Origin: Cercozoa sp. M6MM
Taxonomy: Eukaryota; Protista; Endomyxa: Ascetosporea
Direction: 5' to 3' (one strand)
Assembly (NCBI GenBank): GCA_040357565.1
Contig: JBDODJ010000026.1
DNA: 64,000 nt
Shown here: one piece after another, positions 13,701 through 25,394 of the stretch
Layout: each line of letters starts with the position of its first letter
Position numbering within the stretch: the stretch's first letter is position 1
Position numbers and translations under genes: made by a program
The notes under the pieces: generated by a model
What the model was told of the DNA's origin: nothing
What the model saw: the letters and a program-made list of their open reading frames with translations, nothing else
The model's database searches: none

Positions 13701-14623
13701 ATGCGTTCTACAACCATCACACACCCGGAGTACTGACCTGTGTTTGCTCGGAGCCTCGAAGACGCGCCAAGAAAGGGTACTTTGACGCATCACTGAGGTC
13801 GGCAGCAGGAACCAACGGAGCGACCTGCATCAGATTGGCGGCAGAGTAGATCAGCGACGATGCCGATGTCGAGTCAGCGTACGAAGGCCCTAAACTCAAA
13901 GCACATTCCTTGCCAACTTATGGAGGAAGGGGTGGGGTACCAATAACGCCGAGAAGACTGCGTGGCTGCGTTGGGTCGCTTTCGTTTCGCAAGCCAGAAG
14001 CAGCGATGGTTTCTGCCTCCCTGGCGTGGTTGACAACGTCAAGCGCCACCTAACACGAGCAGCCACGCAAAGTGTTAGAGTTTCAGCCAACAAAACAAAG
14101 GTTTATACTGTCAGACATGTTTACCTGAGCAGCTCTGAGCGCAACGCCCATCGGGTTGAATTGTGGAAGTGTGAGGGGATGGTGCTCCAGAAAGTCAGGG
14201 TTCAGGGTCTTGTTGTTGAGATCGCCTAAAGCCATCATTGACGAGCCTAGAATCACATTGAACGCTTCCCTACGTCGTTGCATTTGAACACATCATGCGG
14301 AAAGCAAAAACATCATGGGGAGCTTTAAAAGAGACCATGGATCACAGGTGGCATTGTTGATGGCAGATGGGTCCTATCGAACGGAATCCACTTAATGATC
14401 AACAAAAACTGATCGATCAAAAACAGTTATCTCATGAAAGACAACCTGCACAAACGCATGCACTCACCTTTTCTGACAGGCCGGTGGCGAAGAACTGTAG
14501 CAGACAAGCAGGTTGGTTAAGCGCGATCGCAACTTTGCCGCTGCCGGGAACGTAGGCCGCCGACGCAACGATATTCAGCGCAAGCAGCGTGCCGGTCAAG
14601 ACAAGACCAGCCGCGTGGAACAT
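10734..14623 (-). CDS. Class C (GABA-B-like) GPCR: signal peptide, periplasmic-binding-protein-like ectodomain, 7TM_3
   Basis: N-terminal signal MFHAAGLVLTGTLLALNIVASA; AESAYDSVVLLALAFDEL (ANF-receptor-like); SFAIVFGALLAK..RVYVIF and further TM helices typical of 7TM_3. Confidence 0.85.
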
Positions 14624-14957
14624 CACTTTGGCGACTAACTGCAGCTTTGGCGACAAGCAAGAACAAGTGCTACGACACAACAACACGGCACTGGGCGAAT
14701 AAAAAAGGGACGAAACGCTCTCTCTCAGAAAGGACTCAGTGTCGTTGGGTGGCCAGTTGCCAGTCAGTCGTAAAGGGCACTTGAGCGATCGCTCTGGGGT
14801 GACCACAAAAAATGTTCCGGGCCGCACGCGCCTTTTCCACTCTGACTCCGTTTCCAGAACACACTCAACTGCTTTGTTCTTTAACGTTCATTATATCTGT
14901 TTACTGTATTATTCACTCTCTCGCACGTGCACCGTTGACCAATCGACGACAAACAAC

Positions 14958-16485
14958 ATGAAACTCGCCGCGACGATCCTGCTTTCGAGCGTTGCTGCGG
15001 CTACTGCTTTGAATGTGTGTGACCCCAAAGTGCTGGGCCGCACGATCAAGCTGTTCGGCGACGTGTCGCTGAAGGTGTCCTTTTGTTGTTGTTGTTGTTG
15101 TTCTGTGTTCTGGTGGCTGGGGTTTTTTGTTGTTGTCGTTATGTTGTCATTGTTTGCATTAGGGCTCCGATGGCGCCAATGGCCCCGAGTCGTTCGCACG
15201 TACGTTTTATTCATCCCATCGTATGCTGGAGAAACTCCAACAAGGCTGTTTGTGCAGATGACTCGGCCGGCGTGACCTACTTTTCGAACGGCGACGGCAC
15301 GGTGCGCAAGGTGACGGACGAGGCCACCGGTGCCAACGAGGTGTACTTCCAGTCGCAGCCGGACCTGACGCCGGAGCAGCGTGCCACGTGCGGCACGTCG
15401 GTGCTCAACGAGTTCACGTGCGGCCGTCCTCTGGGCATTCTCTTCGATTCGCAGGACAACCTGTACGTAGCCGATGCCTACCGTGGCATTCTGCGTGCGT
15501 CCAAGAGCAACCCGTCGCAGGTCGAGGTGCTGGCGTCCACTTACGCCGATGGCAGTCCGATCAAGTTCGCCAACTCGATGCTCCTCGACGAGGAAGCCAA
15601 CGTGCTGTACTTCACGACGTCGTCGGACAAGTACTACCGTCTTCAGTTCGTCTCGGTTGTCCTTGGTATCACCCTCTTCATAACTTTACTTGCATGCTTG
15701 TGGCACGAGTTATTTTATTGCTTGTGTTACACAGACAACGAGCCGGACGGCAAGCTGATGAAGCTGGACCTCAACACTGGTGAGCTCGAGGTCCTCGTGG
15801 ACGACCTCGAGTTCGGCAACGGCATCCAGTTCTGGAAGGGCCGTCGTGGTCGCAAGATCAAGGGCATCATCATCAACGAGTGAGTTAGTCCTTTCTCAGT
15901 TGAATGCTTCTGATATAAGATCCGCGTATATTGGAGCTACACGCCCATTGATTCTGCCTCTGGGGAACAGAACGAACGCGCGTCGCCTGCGTCGCTACCA
16001 CCTCACCGGTCGTCGCGCTGGCGAGAACGACATCTTTGTGAAGGACATTGGCGGCTACGCCGACAACCTCAAGTCATGGGGTGACAACTACCTCGTCGGT
16101 CTCTACACGGAGACGCAGGACTGGGTCACGGCCATCCAGGAGCACGAGGAGATCCAGGACTTCATGCTGCAGCAGAACCCGCTGGAGATCATCTCCAAGT
16201 TTGAGACGCTTGGTCTTATCAAGGTCGTGTCGCCCACGGGCCGTGTGCTTGAGACCTGGATCGACACCACGTCGACGAACTTTGGTCAGATCGCCGAGGC
16301 CGAGGGTATCACTGGCTTTGCAGCTGTGTTTGCGACTCTGTTATGGATTCTTCAAGTTTTTTTTCTGTACTGTAGTCGTTGGCGACAAGCTCTACCTAGG
16401 CTCTGTTGTGCGTCCGCACTACGGCGTCATGGAACTCGCAGACCTGGTCGAAGTTGACGCTGCCTACATTGGCTGCGAAAACTAG
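14958..16485 (+). CDS. Strictosidine synthase-like / APMAP-like secreted beta-propeller
   Basis: Signal peptide MKLAATILLSSVAAATA; CGRPLGILFD, LYVADAYRGIL, IKFANS, LYFTTSS, LEFGNGI, GYADNL. Confidence 0.9.
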
Positions 16486-16753
16486 GTCTCGACTCATTGT
16501 ATCCTCGCGCCGCGCACCACGCCGTCCGAGGCCGTTCCGTTCTGCGCTCCAAATTGTAACCTCCGCCCAAAAGTGTTCCTTCCAACCCAGTCTCGCTCAG
16601 TGTAAACGTCGGTACGAGTAATTCCGTTAAATTTTTGTACCGTACCGCGAAATGCTAATCTAATTAAACCGACCAACCACCGCTTGCAACAAACTCGACT
16701 GGGCTAGTTTACACACGCATGCACACCGTTGTGCGCACGGCACTCGATGTCGG

Positions 16754-18667
16754 CTACTGGAAGGAGTGCGTGCGACGAGTGACCTGGGCACCTGGGCCGA
16801 CCTTAGTCACGATGATGCGCTTGATGGGCGAGTCCTGCACCGGCTCCTTGGCGTCCACCTGAGCCCATAGACCAAATTAGATCTCGTTTGGCAGTGCACG
16901 CAGCTTAGTGAATAGCACCTGTGTGAGACCGAGTGCTTGCTTGTCGAGCAGGGCCATCGGGTCGTACACGAGACGGTCCAAATCGAGGCCAAAGTCCTCA
17001 GTGACGGCCCGGAGTACCTCGTTGACGTGCTGCTCGCGCAGGTAGAACACGGCGTTGGGACCTAGATTAACACAGGTGTGACTGCATGTATACATGTATA
17101 CACCACACTCAGGAGTCAGTTGTACCAGCATCGTAGGTGTAGGCAACCTTGGTCTCGCCAGCATCGTTGTTGTTGATGCGGTGCGCCAAGTGCACCTGCC
17201 GGGGGAGTTTGCGGGTNNNNNNNNNNNNNNNNNNNNNNNNNNNNNNNNNNNNNNNNNNNNNNNNNNNNNNNNNNNNNNNNNNNNNNNNNNNNNNNNNNNN
17301 NNNNNNNNNNNNNNNNAAAAGGAGTAAGGGTAGGGTAAGGATGGGGATAAAGGGCTACCAGCGAACTGCTCAAAGTTCTTGTTCTTGACAGCCTGCGCCA
17401 GCGTGGCCAGACGCCTGGGGGGGGGGGTGTAATGATGTAAAGGGGTGTGGGGGTAAACGGTACTTCTCGGCCAACTCGGCGTCGACACGGTGCGCCAAAA
17501 ACTCGCTCGTGTCCACCGTGGTCTGCATACCCGACGTCGACGGAGTCTCCTTGGCACCCGCGTTGACCACCAACACCAGCACGCGCATCTCCGGCCACTG
17601 GGGGTATAGGTAGGTAAGGGATAACATGGGGGGGGGGGGTAACAGGGGGTAAGAACACAGTGTACGTGCTCTTCGTCAAAGTGCTGCACGGCGACCGAGT
17701 CTGTGCCGTCAGTCAACTTGCTGTCCACGCGGATGCATCAAACAAATACAATAATCTACACTACAACTGACTGTACCCCTTCTGCCACTCGACCCAACCG
17801 CCAAACATCGAACGCGAAGCCGAACCCTGCAGGAATTATCATGCAGCCTTCCCTGCCTCCCTACCCTTACCCTCAGGTGACACGCTGGGTACCGAACCGA
17901 TGCGCGCGAACACCGAGAGTTCCGACGGCGACACGACGGCATCGACGCCGAACAGCGACGTCAGCGCACGTGCCAGACAGGCTACGGGGGGGGGGGGGGG
18001 GTAAATGGAAGAGGGTGGGGGGTAAAGCCTACCATAGCCAGAGGCAGACGAGGCGAGACCGGCCGCCGTCGGGAAGTTGTTGTGCGACACGATGCGCAGC
18101 TTGTACTCAGGCCACGCCGACGCCGGGATCAGCACCTTGCCGTCCTCGTCGCAAAAATCCTGTCCAAACATTGGTACATTTGTACCAGACACTTGTACCA
18201 AACACTTGTACCAGACACTTGTACCAAACACTATTACAATCTCGACAAATGGGCAAAGAAACAAACACACCTGAGCCTTGGCTCGCACGGTATTGATCAC
18301 CGTGACGAGTCGCTTGTTGGCCGACACGTTTACCGACTTGTCGTTCAGCTGCATGCTGTCCTCCGAGAACTCCTTCGATGCGATCACCGTCGTCTGCGAC
18401 TTCAGCGCGTCCCTAAACACACCCAGAAATACGAGAACGAAATCGCTGCTATTGGGGAAACGCACATGTGCAGAGTCGCCGAGAACGAAGAGTTCGTCGG
18501 CAGGATCAGCGACTTGTCGCGCTTGCCCCAGTACTTGATCACGGCAATGTTCACCGGGCCAATGGCCGTTACGGCCACACTGTCTGCAAAGGGCAAACGC
18601 ACATTGAGTTTCTCACAACCACAAAAACAAGAGTGGCACTCGCACCCTGAGGCAGTTCGCACGACAT
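16754..18667 (-). CDS. MVD: Diphosphomevalonate decarboxylase (one exon region in 100-N gap)
   Basis: [75 protein letters not shown]. Confidence 0.95.
17217..17316. other. Assembly gap (100 N); other gaps at 2623-2632, 46814-46913, 49728-49737, 51338-51437
   Basis: Direct reading. Confidence 1.
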
Positions 18668-18897
18668 TTCCACACTCCTGCGTGCTTACAACTATTAATG
18701 CACTGCTCGGCAGATGGCGGTGCGCTCTGAGGCGCAGGGGCGATGCGGTAAGTTGAAACGCGAAATTCCCATTCCGATTCAAGTTTGCGCAACCCCAGAC
18801 GTAGAATTTATTTAGGCCGATTCTGGTAAGCGAGGGGCAAGAGCGAAGAAATAAAGTAAGTGACAGGAGGCCAAAGTTGCGGGACTCGTGTTGCGTG

Positions 18898-21800
18898 TCA
18901 TCTGAATTCGCCACGTTCCTTGTCAGAGGCGGTGTCGATGCGCCGCTCGACACTCTCGAGGAAGCGAGCGACGCCGCGCGCAGCCAGGCCGAACTGGATC
19001 TTGGTGCTCTCGTGGTTGGAAAGCTTGTCGGCGCGAATGAGCAGCTGCACATGCGAGGTGCCGGCGCCGACGAGAGCATCGTGTGTCTGCGCGAGCGAGG
19101 GCATCGAGAAACTCACCTGCATGGCCATCGACACGGCCGCGCGCAGCAGCGCCGCCAAGGCCAGTCGCAGGTGCTGCGCGCTGCTCTTGCCACCGGCAGT
19201 GGCGGCGTCCTTGGCCACGGCATCGTCGTCCGTGAGACGCTTCGCCTCGTCCAGCAACTGCAGAGGGGTGTGGGATAATGGGAGTATGGGGGGGTAGGGG
19301 TAGATGTACGTTGGCAACGAGTTCAACAGCACGTGCGCACGGACTGGGTCGCTGCTCGCGCAGCAAGCTGTCGGCCAGTCGCACACTGTGTCGGAAGGCA
19401 CGCAGCCACGACAGCGCACGCTGTGTGCCGGTGCGACTGGCGGCGCGCTTGCGCTCTCGCTGCGCGCTCTTCTCGAGTTCCTCACTGCACATGCCCCTCA
19501 TTTTACCCCTCATTTTACCCCTCACTTTACCCCCTCTCAACCCCTTCATCCCTCTGAATCTTCCCCCTCGTTCAATCCCCTTCCCCCCCCCCCCCCCAGA
19601 GAAAACGCACCGGTCGACACTGGGCTCGCGCGAGTTGCCGCCACTCGGCGCATCACCGTCGCCGCTGCGTCGCACTCGTCGCACCGTCACCCGGCGTTTC
19701 TTGGGCTACATAGGTGACACGTGCATCCGCGCGGACATGAAACATGCAGAAAAGACAAGACTGGAGGTACAGCAGCTCGTGTCTCCGACGAGGGCAGCGA
19801 GTGCTCCGACGGCGGCGGCGCCATCTCGCTCGGCATCGAGAGCGACGGTTTCGGCATCGGTTTCACGGTGCGAGTCACCGTGGCTGGTTTGACCACGGCG
19901 GCAACAGCATCAGGAACAACGGGCGCGCTGCTCTCCGCTTCGGGAGCTTTCGTCTCGACATTCTTCGATTCGACAGCTTTCGACTCAGCAGGTTCAGTTC
20001 TGACAACGTCAGCTTGGACAGTTTCAGCTTGGACAGCTTCAGCTTCCACAGTTTCAACTTTGGCGGCTTCAGCTTTGGCAGCCTGAGGTTCGGGAGCTTT
20101 CGTCTCGGCAGTCGGCTGAGTTTTCTTTTTTCGTCGCAGCACGAGGCGGCGTCGCTTCTTCTTCTGCATGGGGGAAGGGTGAAGGAGACATGGGACACGG
20201 GGTATGGGGTGTGAGTATATAGGGGATAGAGAGGGTATGGGGTATAGGGAGGGCAATACAGGAGCAGGTGCAAACTCGGGTTTCTTGTCGCCGCAAGACT
20301 TTGGCGAACTCTTGTTGACCAGCAAAGGACTCGCGTCGCTGTCGCTGTCGCTGTCGCTGTCTTCGTCTGACGACTCGTAGATTCGACGACTTCGCTTGGC
20401 CGACAGTGCACTGCACAACCACAACAAGTGCATTCTCTAGCCAAAGCACACTCAAAACAAAGCAAAGCACACTCGAAACAAAGCACCTCGAAACAAAGCA
20501 CACTTGAAACAAATAGAAGCTCGAAACAAAGCGAAAGAGCAAAGCGAGAAGCGCACCTGGAACGCGAAGTGGCCGAAGTCTTCGACGAAGCGAGCGAAAC
20601 GGCCGGTGTCGGCGCCGCTGTGTGTTTCGCTTCGTGCTTCGCTTTCTGCTTGAGTTGCGACGTCGCGAGTTGCGACGTTTCGAGTTGCGACGTTTCGAGT
20701 TGCGACGTTTCGAAAGGCAGTCGCTGCGTCTGCGTGGAAGCGATGGGCGGCGGTGGCACGGCAGGCATCGGCGCCCTTGTGGCCGAGCTAGTCGACCGGG
20801 CGGAAGAGGGCAGTGCGCCCATGACAGAGGAGACGTCCTCGTCGTCGTCCTCGTCGTCCGACAGGACACGTCGCGAGTGAAGCGAACGAGTCGAAGGCAG
20901 AGTCGAAGGGAGAGTCGAAGGCAGAGTGGCCTGCTTGCGCGGCTTGGGTCGACTCGGTTGCAGCACGTCCGGCTTGAGCATGTCGGGAGTCACCAGCGGT
21001 GTCTTCTTCGTGTAGTCCTTCATGTAGTCCTTCGTGTAGTCCGTGTCGGCATGCGAGTGCTTGAGCGACTGCTTGAGTGGCACGACGTAGTCCTCGTCCT
21101 CTTGGTCCGAGTCGCTGGCGTCGTCGTCCACCATGGCATGCATGACATGTGCCACACCATGCGAGACGCCATGTGAGGCACCATGAGGCATGCCATGTGA
21201 GACACCATGTGGCATGCCATCTGTCAGGCCGCGTGACACACCTTGCGTCACCTGCATGTGCTGAATCTTGGCCATGCCGACAGCTTTTGCATGTCGCTGC
21301 CGTCGCTGTGGTCGCTGCGTTTCTTCTTGCTGCTGTTGTTTCTCTTGTTGTTTCTCTTGTTCTTGCTGTTGTTGCGTACGTTTCTGCATGAGTTCCACCT
21401 CCTCTTCGACCTGACTCTCGTGCTCGTCGTCGCCCGCTGCGTCGCCTTTCTGCTTCATCTCCTACACGAGGGGGTAAAGGGAAGAGAGTCCTGCAGGGGT
21501 GGGGTGGGGGCATACCTGCTCATGGATTGGCGACAGGTGCCGCTGCGGCTGCGGCGACGACGTGCCTGTGCGCGAAGGAATCGCCGGCGATTTCCTCTTG
21601 ACCTATGTGCATACAAGTTATACATCCGAGTCTATTCTACTTGATTCGGGAGGGGCTGAATACCTTGGGAGGTGCACGAGCGATGGTGCCGCGTCGCACG
21701 AGTTTCTGCAGCGCCTGTCGCGCCGAGCCCTTGCGCTGCCGCGGCGACGAGCGTCGCTCCAACGGAGACGACGACGGTCTCGCCAGCACTCTTTCTTTCT

Positions 21801-22870
21801 CGCACGTGTGCGTTTTCGCTGTGCTCACCGTCTTGCTCACTGTCTGGGTCACCGTCTGGGTCACCGTCTTGGCGGTCACAGCGGTGGTCACAGTCGGTGC
21901 AGGTGCAGCTACGGTAGGAGGTGCAGGTGCCGTTGCAGTCAGACTGGCAGGCAGCGACCTGGCAGGCTGCGACCTGGCATGCGGCACCACCTGCGGCATC
22001 ACCTGCATGTGCATGTCGTGCCGCATCAGGTAGTTCGACGACGGCGCCGGCAGCGAGTCCATGGACTCGTCGTCGCTGTCGCTGTCGACGCGGAAGAGCG
22101 CGTCGCGATGCCGCGTCGATACGATGGTCGGACGCACCGGCGGCGACAGCAGCGGCGACTTGAGCTGGCACTCCACTCGCCGCGGCTGGAGTTCCACGTC
22201 CTGCTCGTCATGCGCCTCGCCCAGCGCCTCCGACGAGAACTCACTCAGCGCACTGCCCAGCGCATCGCTGGCTGCCAGTCGGCGCGCCCACTTGGCCAGA
22301 GGGTCGAACCGCGTGCTGCTCGCTGCCAGCGCTGTGCGATCGCGCCGCTCGCGCAGCTGTCGCAACGACAGACCGCGAGAGCACTGCTTCCGCTCTGCGC
22401 ACATCACACACACACAGCAAAATCACTGCAATTTCACTCAAAGTTTTCACTCAAAGTCTTCACTCAAAGCTGTCTCAAAACTAAAGCTTTCACAATCTTT
22501 CACCCGAAGCTTCATTCGGAGCTTTCGCGCGAAGTTCACTCGAACTTCACTCGAATTTCGCTCGGTTTCGCTCGGTTTCGCCCCAAGCAGCGAGTTTCAC
22601 AACAAAGCGCTTTTACCAACTGAGCGGGGCGGTCGCGCCGGTAGGTAGATCGGCAGCTGCGGGGGCACCTCCTGTGCGAAACAGTCACGCGGTTCACTTG
22701 TACCGAATCATAGGCAAAGTTTTTGTGCGTGTGCGTGGGATCAGTACCAAACGCGCCTGGTGCACGAACTGCTCCAACTCGGTCAGTCTCTTGCGTAGCA
22801 CCAGCGCCGGCTCTGAGGCCTGAAGCGACGTGAGAACACAATCATTGCGCCGATGACTGGTGGAACGCAT
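18898..22870 (-). CDS. Large low-complexity (S/T/P/K/E-rich) protein with helical C-terminal domain; possibly AF4/FMR2-like
   Basis: Exons splice in frame from ATG 22870 (MRSTSHRR..|EVPPQLP..SV|ERKQC..); internal SQLET and SHG repeats; C-terminal LLDEAKRL...LLRAAVSM; family assignment is tentative. Confidence 0.65.
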
Positions 22871-23354
22871 CTACAGACAGCAGGCATTTCCAAATACACA
22901 GACAACAAAAATAAGCAGGGAAATCACAACAACGCAGCCGAGAACACAAAAAAACACCCACCAGAAACCAACCGGAATCTTTGAGAAAAACTGAATAACC
23001 GAAATTACAACGGACGGCCAAAACTGCACCGATCAGCGCAGCAACGGCTCGAAGGGCTTAGATTCGGTCCGTACAACACGTCACGGGCTTCAAGCAGCAC
23101 AAAACGGGCACGGGTCCGAACAAATTGAAGCACCGTGCACGCCGTAAAAGTGCTTACGGTCCGCGCTACGCTTTAGAAAGCACTCAGCGATGTCGCCTAT
23201 GATGTTGAAGCGCGTCACAAGCACCAGCAGTTGTGAAAACTGGCAATAAAATTAATTCCCACATTGACATGAACAACCTGGCCCATTGAAGCTTAGCGCG
23301 TGCTAGACTGTGCGCACGAGTGTGTGCGGGCATTTTCAACACTGCACAGCTGCG

Positions 23355-25394
23355 ATGATTTGGCGATCACGTAGCGCCAAAGAGATTCCTGGCAAAGTCT
23401 GCCAGCTCGCACGCCAACTTGTGAGTTTTTTTGTCTGTCGAATGCGACCAGAATCCTTGGCATGCGCGTTTGTTTGTGGTACAGTCGGAAAAGCTGTGCG
23501 AAGAGTACCTCAGAAGCGATCGGAGTATGTCCTCGCTACCGCGCGTGTTGGCTGCTTTGAGAATGCAGAGTGAGCTCAATGACACGAGTCGACTCGAGCT
23601 GCTTAGAACCGTGCGACGTTGCACTTCGTATTCAAGGTAACACCCTGCTTTCTGACCTCCTTTTTGTACTTTATACTTTGCACAGTCCCTATCGAACCTC
23701 GGAATCCACAGCGTCGGTGTTGTGGCGACACGGTGTCGTTCCTGTCGCTATCGATCTGATGAAACAGAAGCAAGACGGACCGTCTGTTCTGTTGGTAGTC
23801 CAGTTGTTTTATTTGTGTTGTGTTGTGCCTTGGATTTGGCACATGGACTGCAGTTGGAAGCCACGTGGCTCCTGGGTAATCTCGTGTCGAGTCGCCAGTC
23901 AAGTGCGCGTGATGTGGTGCATGCCTTGCCTTGTCTATTGCGGCAACTGACGCACACGAGTGACCGACTCGTGCAGCAAACAGTGTGGGCACTGGCCAAC
24001 CTCGCTGCTGCCGACAGAAACGTGCACGAGCAGATCGTGCATACTGACATCTGGCCGGTGATGTGCCTCGTCATGCAGCGTGCTGCTGGGAGTGTGCGGC
24101 TGCTGCGTGATGCGTGCTGGTGCCTGCGCACCTTGAGCAAGAACTCACATCCATCTGATGCTCTTGTTTCACTCGTTCGAAATGTTGTTACTGAGGTACT
24201 TCACGAATCTAAATGCACACACTCGCATATAAAAATAATATCTGTTATGTATATAGGTATATGTATATGTATCTTGTATATCCTTGTATGTATAACTTGC
24301 ACAGGCAGACACCTGTGACGCGGCAGTAACCGACGCAGCCTGGACGCTCGTGAACGCCGACAGCGCCGATGAGACGGTTGAAGTAATCTCTGCCGCTCTG
24401 AGTCGGCCGCACGCGAGGTGCGACTGCGTGTCCTGGCCGTCACGCGAAGTGACAGTGCCGCTGCTGCAGCTGCTGCGACAACTGGTACAGGACGGCAAGA
24501 TCGAGTCGCGTCTGACCTCTGTTCTGAGTCTGCTACACTGTATCCTGCGAGGTGCCCTATCTCCCTTCTGTTGTTTCCATCCTTTTGTCTTCGTCCTCTT
24601 GTTACTCTGCCTGTTTAGACAAGAATATACCCGAGAACAGACGCGTATACCTTCGCAAGGAGGCCATCTGGCAGCTGTACACCATAGTCCGTATGCTGCC
24701 GTCCTCGGTGCGGCTGCTGTGTCAAGGCGAACACTCGTGTCTCTTGACAGTGCTGTCGTTGTTGTGCACTGCACCCGACACCGTGAGCAAGCACTGCTTC
24801 GACATTGTGCGACTCGTCCTGACGTCAGACATTGACTTCACCGAGGTACGTGCTCCTTGCGCACCTGATCTACCTGTTCTCTACCTTGTTGACTTAGGAC
24901 CTGTTACGACACCGAGATGCGTGTATTCGTGCGCTGTTGTGTTTGACCCGAAGGATTCACGGCACACACGTGGGCCAGTCGCAGACATCGCTGCATGCGA
25001 CACTCGCAGTGCTGCGCATGATCTGGCGGGTCGCTCGTGTGCCTCACCAGCACTCGCTGTCCTGCCGTTTTCAAGGCGAGTGCGAGTTCAACATTCCTGC
25101 TGTGCCTCCAGCCAATGCCGAGGACCTTGCCACACTGGCGAAACTTGCTGCCTTCCCTGGTCCACACCAAACGGTATCTTTCGCTCTATTGCCTTACCTG
25201 ATACGAGGGTAGCTGGTTTCTATATTTTGCATGTACAGGCCGCTCACACAACGCTGCAGGTGATGATTGAAGATCCCAGACGAGTAATTGCGGCATTAAA
25301 CGCGCAACAAACTAAATTGCGTGCGAGCAAAAGTGGCAGTGATTCCGACCGAGATTTTGACTCAGATGAGGGCTCTGAAGTCGAAGGTTGTTGA
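23355..25394 (+). CDS. Armadillo-repeat protein (importin-alpha/TMCO6-like)
   Basis: LEATWLLGNLVS, QQTVWALANLAAAD, RDACWCLRTLS, TDAAWTLVN: W-x3-N ARM helices; start uncertain. Confidence 0.8.

Noticed and set aside
18173-18230. CRISPR-like or iteron-like repeat arrays (also 8178-8247, 53997-54047)
   Set aside because: Head-to-tail short repeats without unique spacers, inside eukaryotic introns, no cas genes
7589-18667. Introner-type mobile introns or non-canonical splice sites
   Set aside because: All mapped introns are GT-AG, share only low-complexity words, and lack consistent TIRs or TSDs (CATGG around the ETFB intron at 8625-8670 is an isolated case)
19495-19535. Interstitial telomeric repeats (TTTTACCCC-like)
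   Set aside because: Units are irregular, confined to introns and do not match a uniform telomere array; treated under the C-rich intron finding
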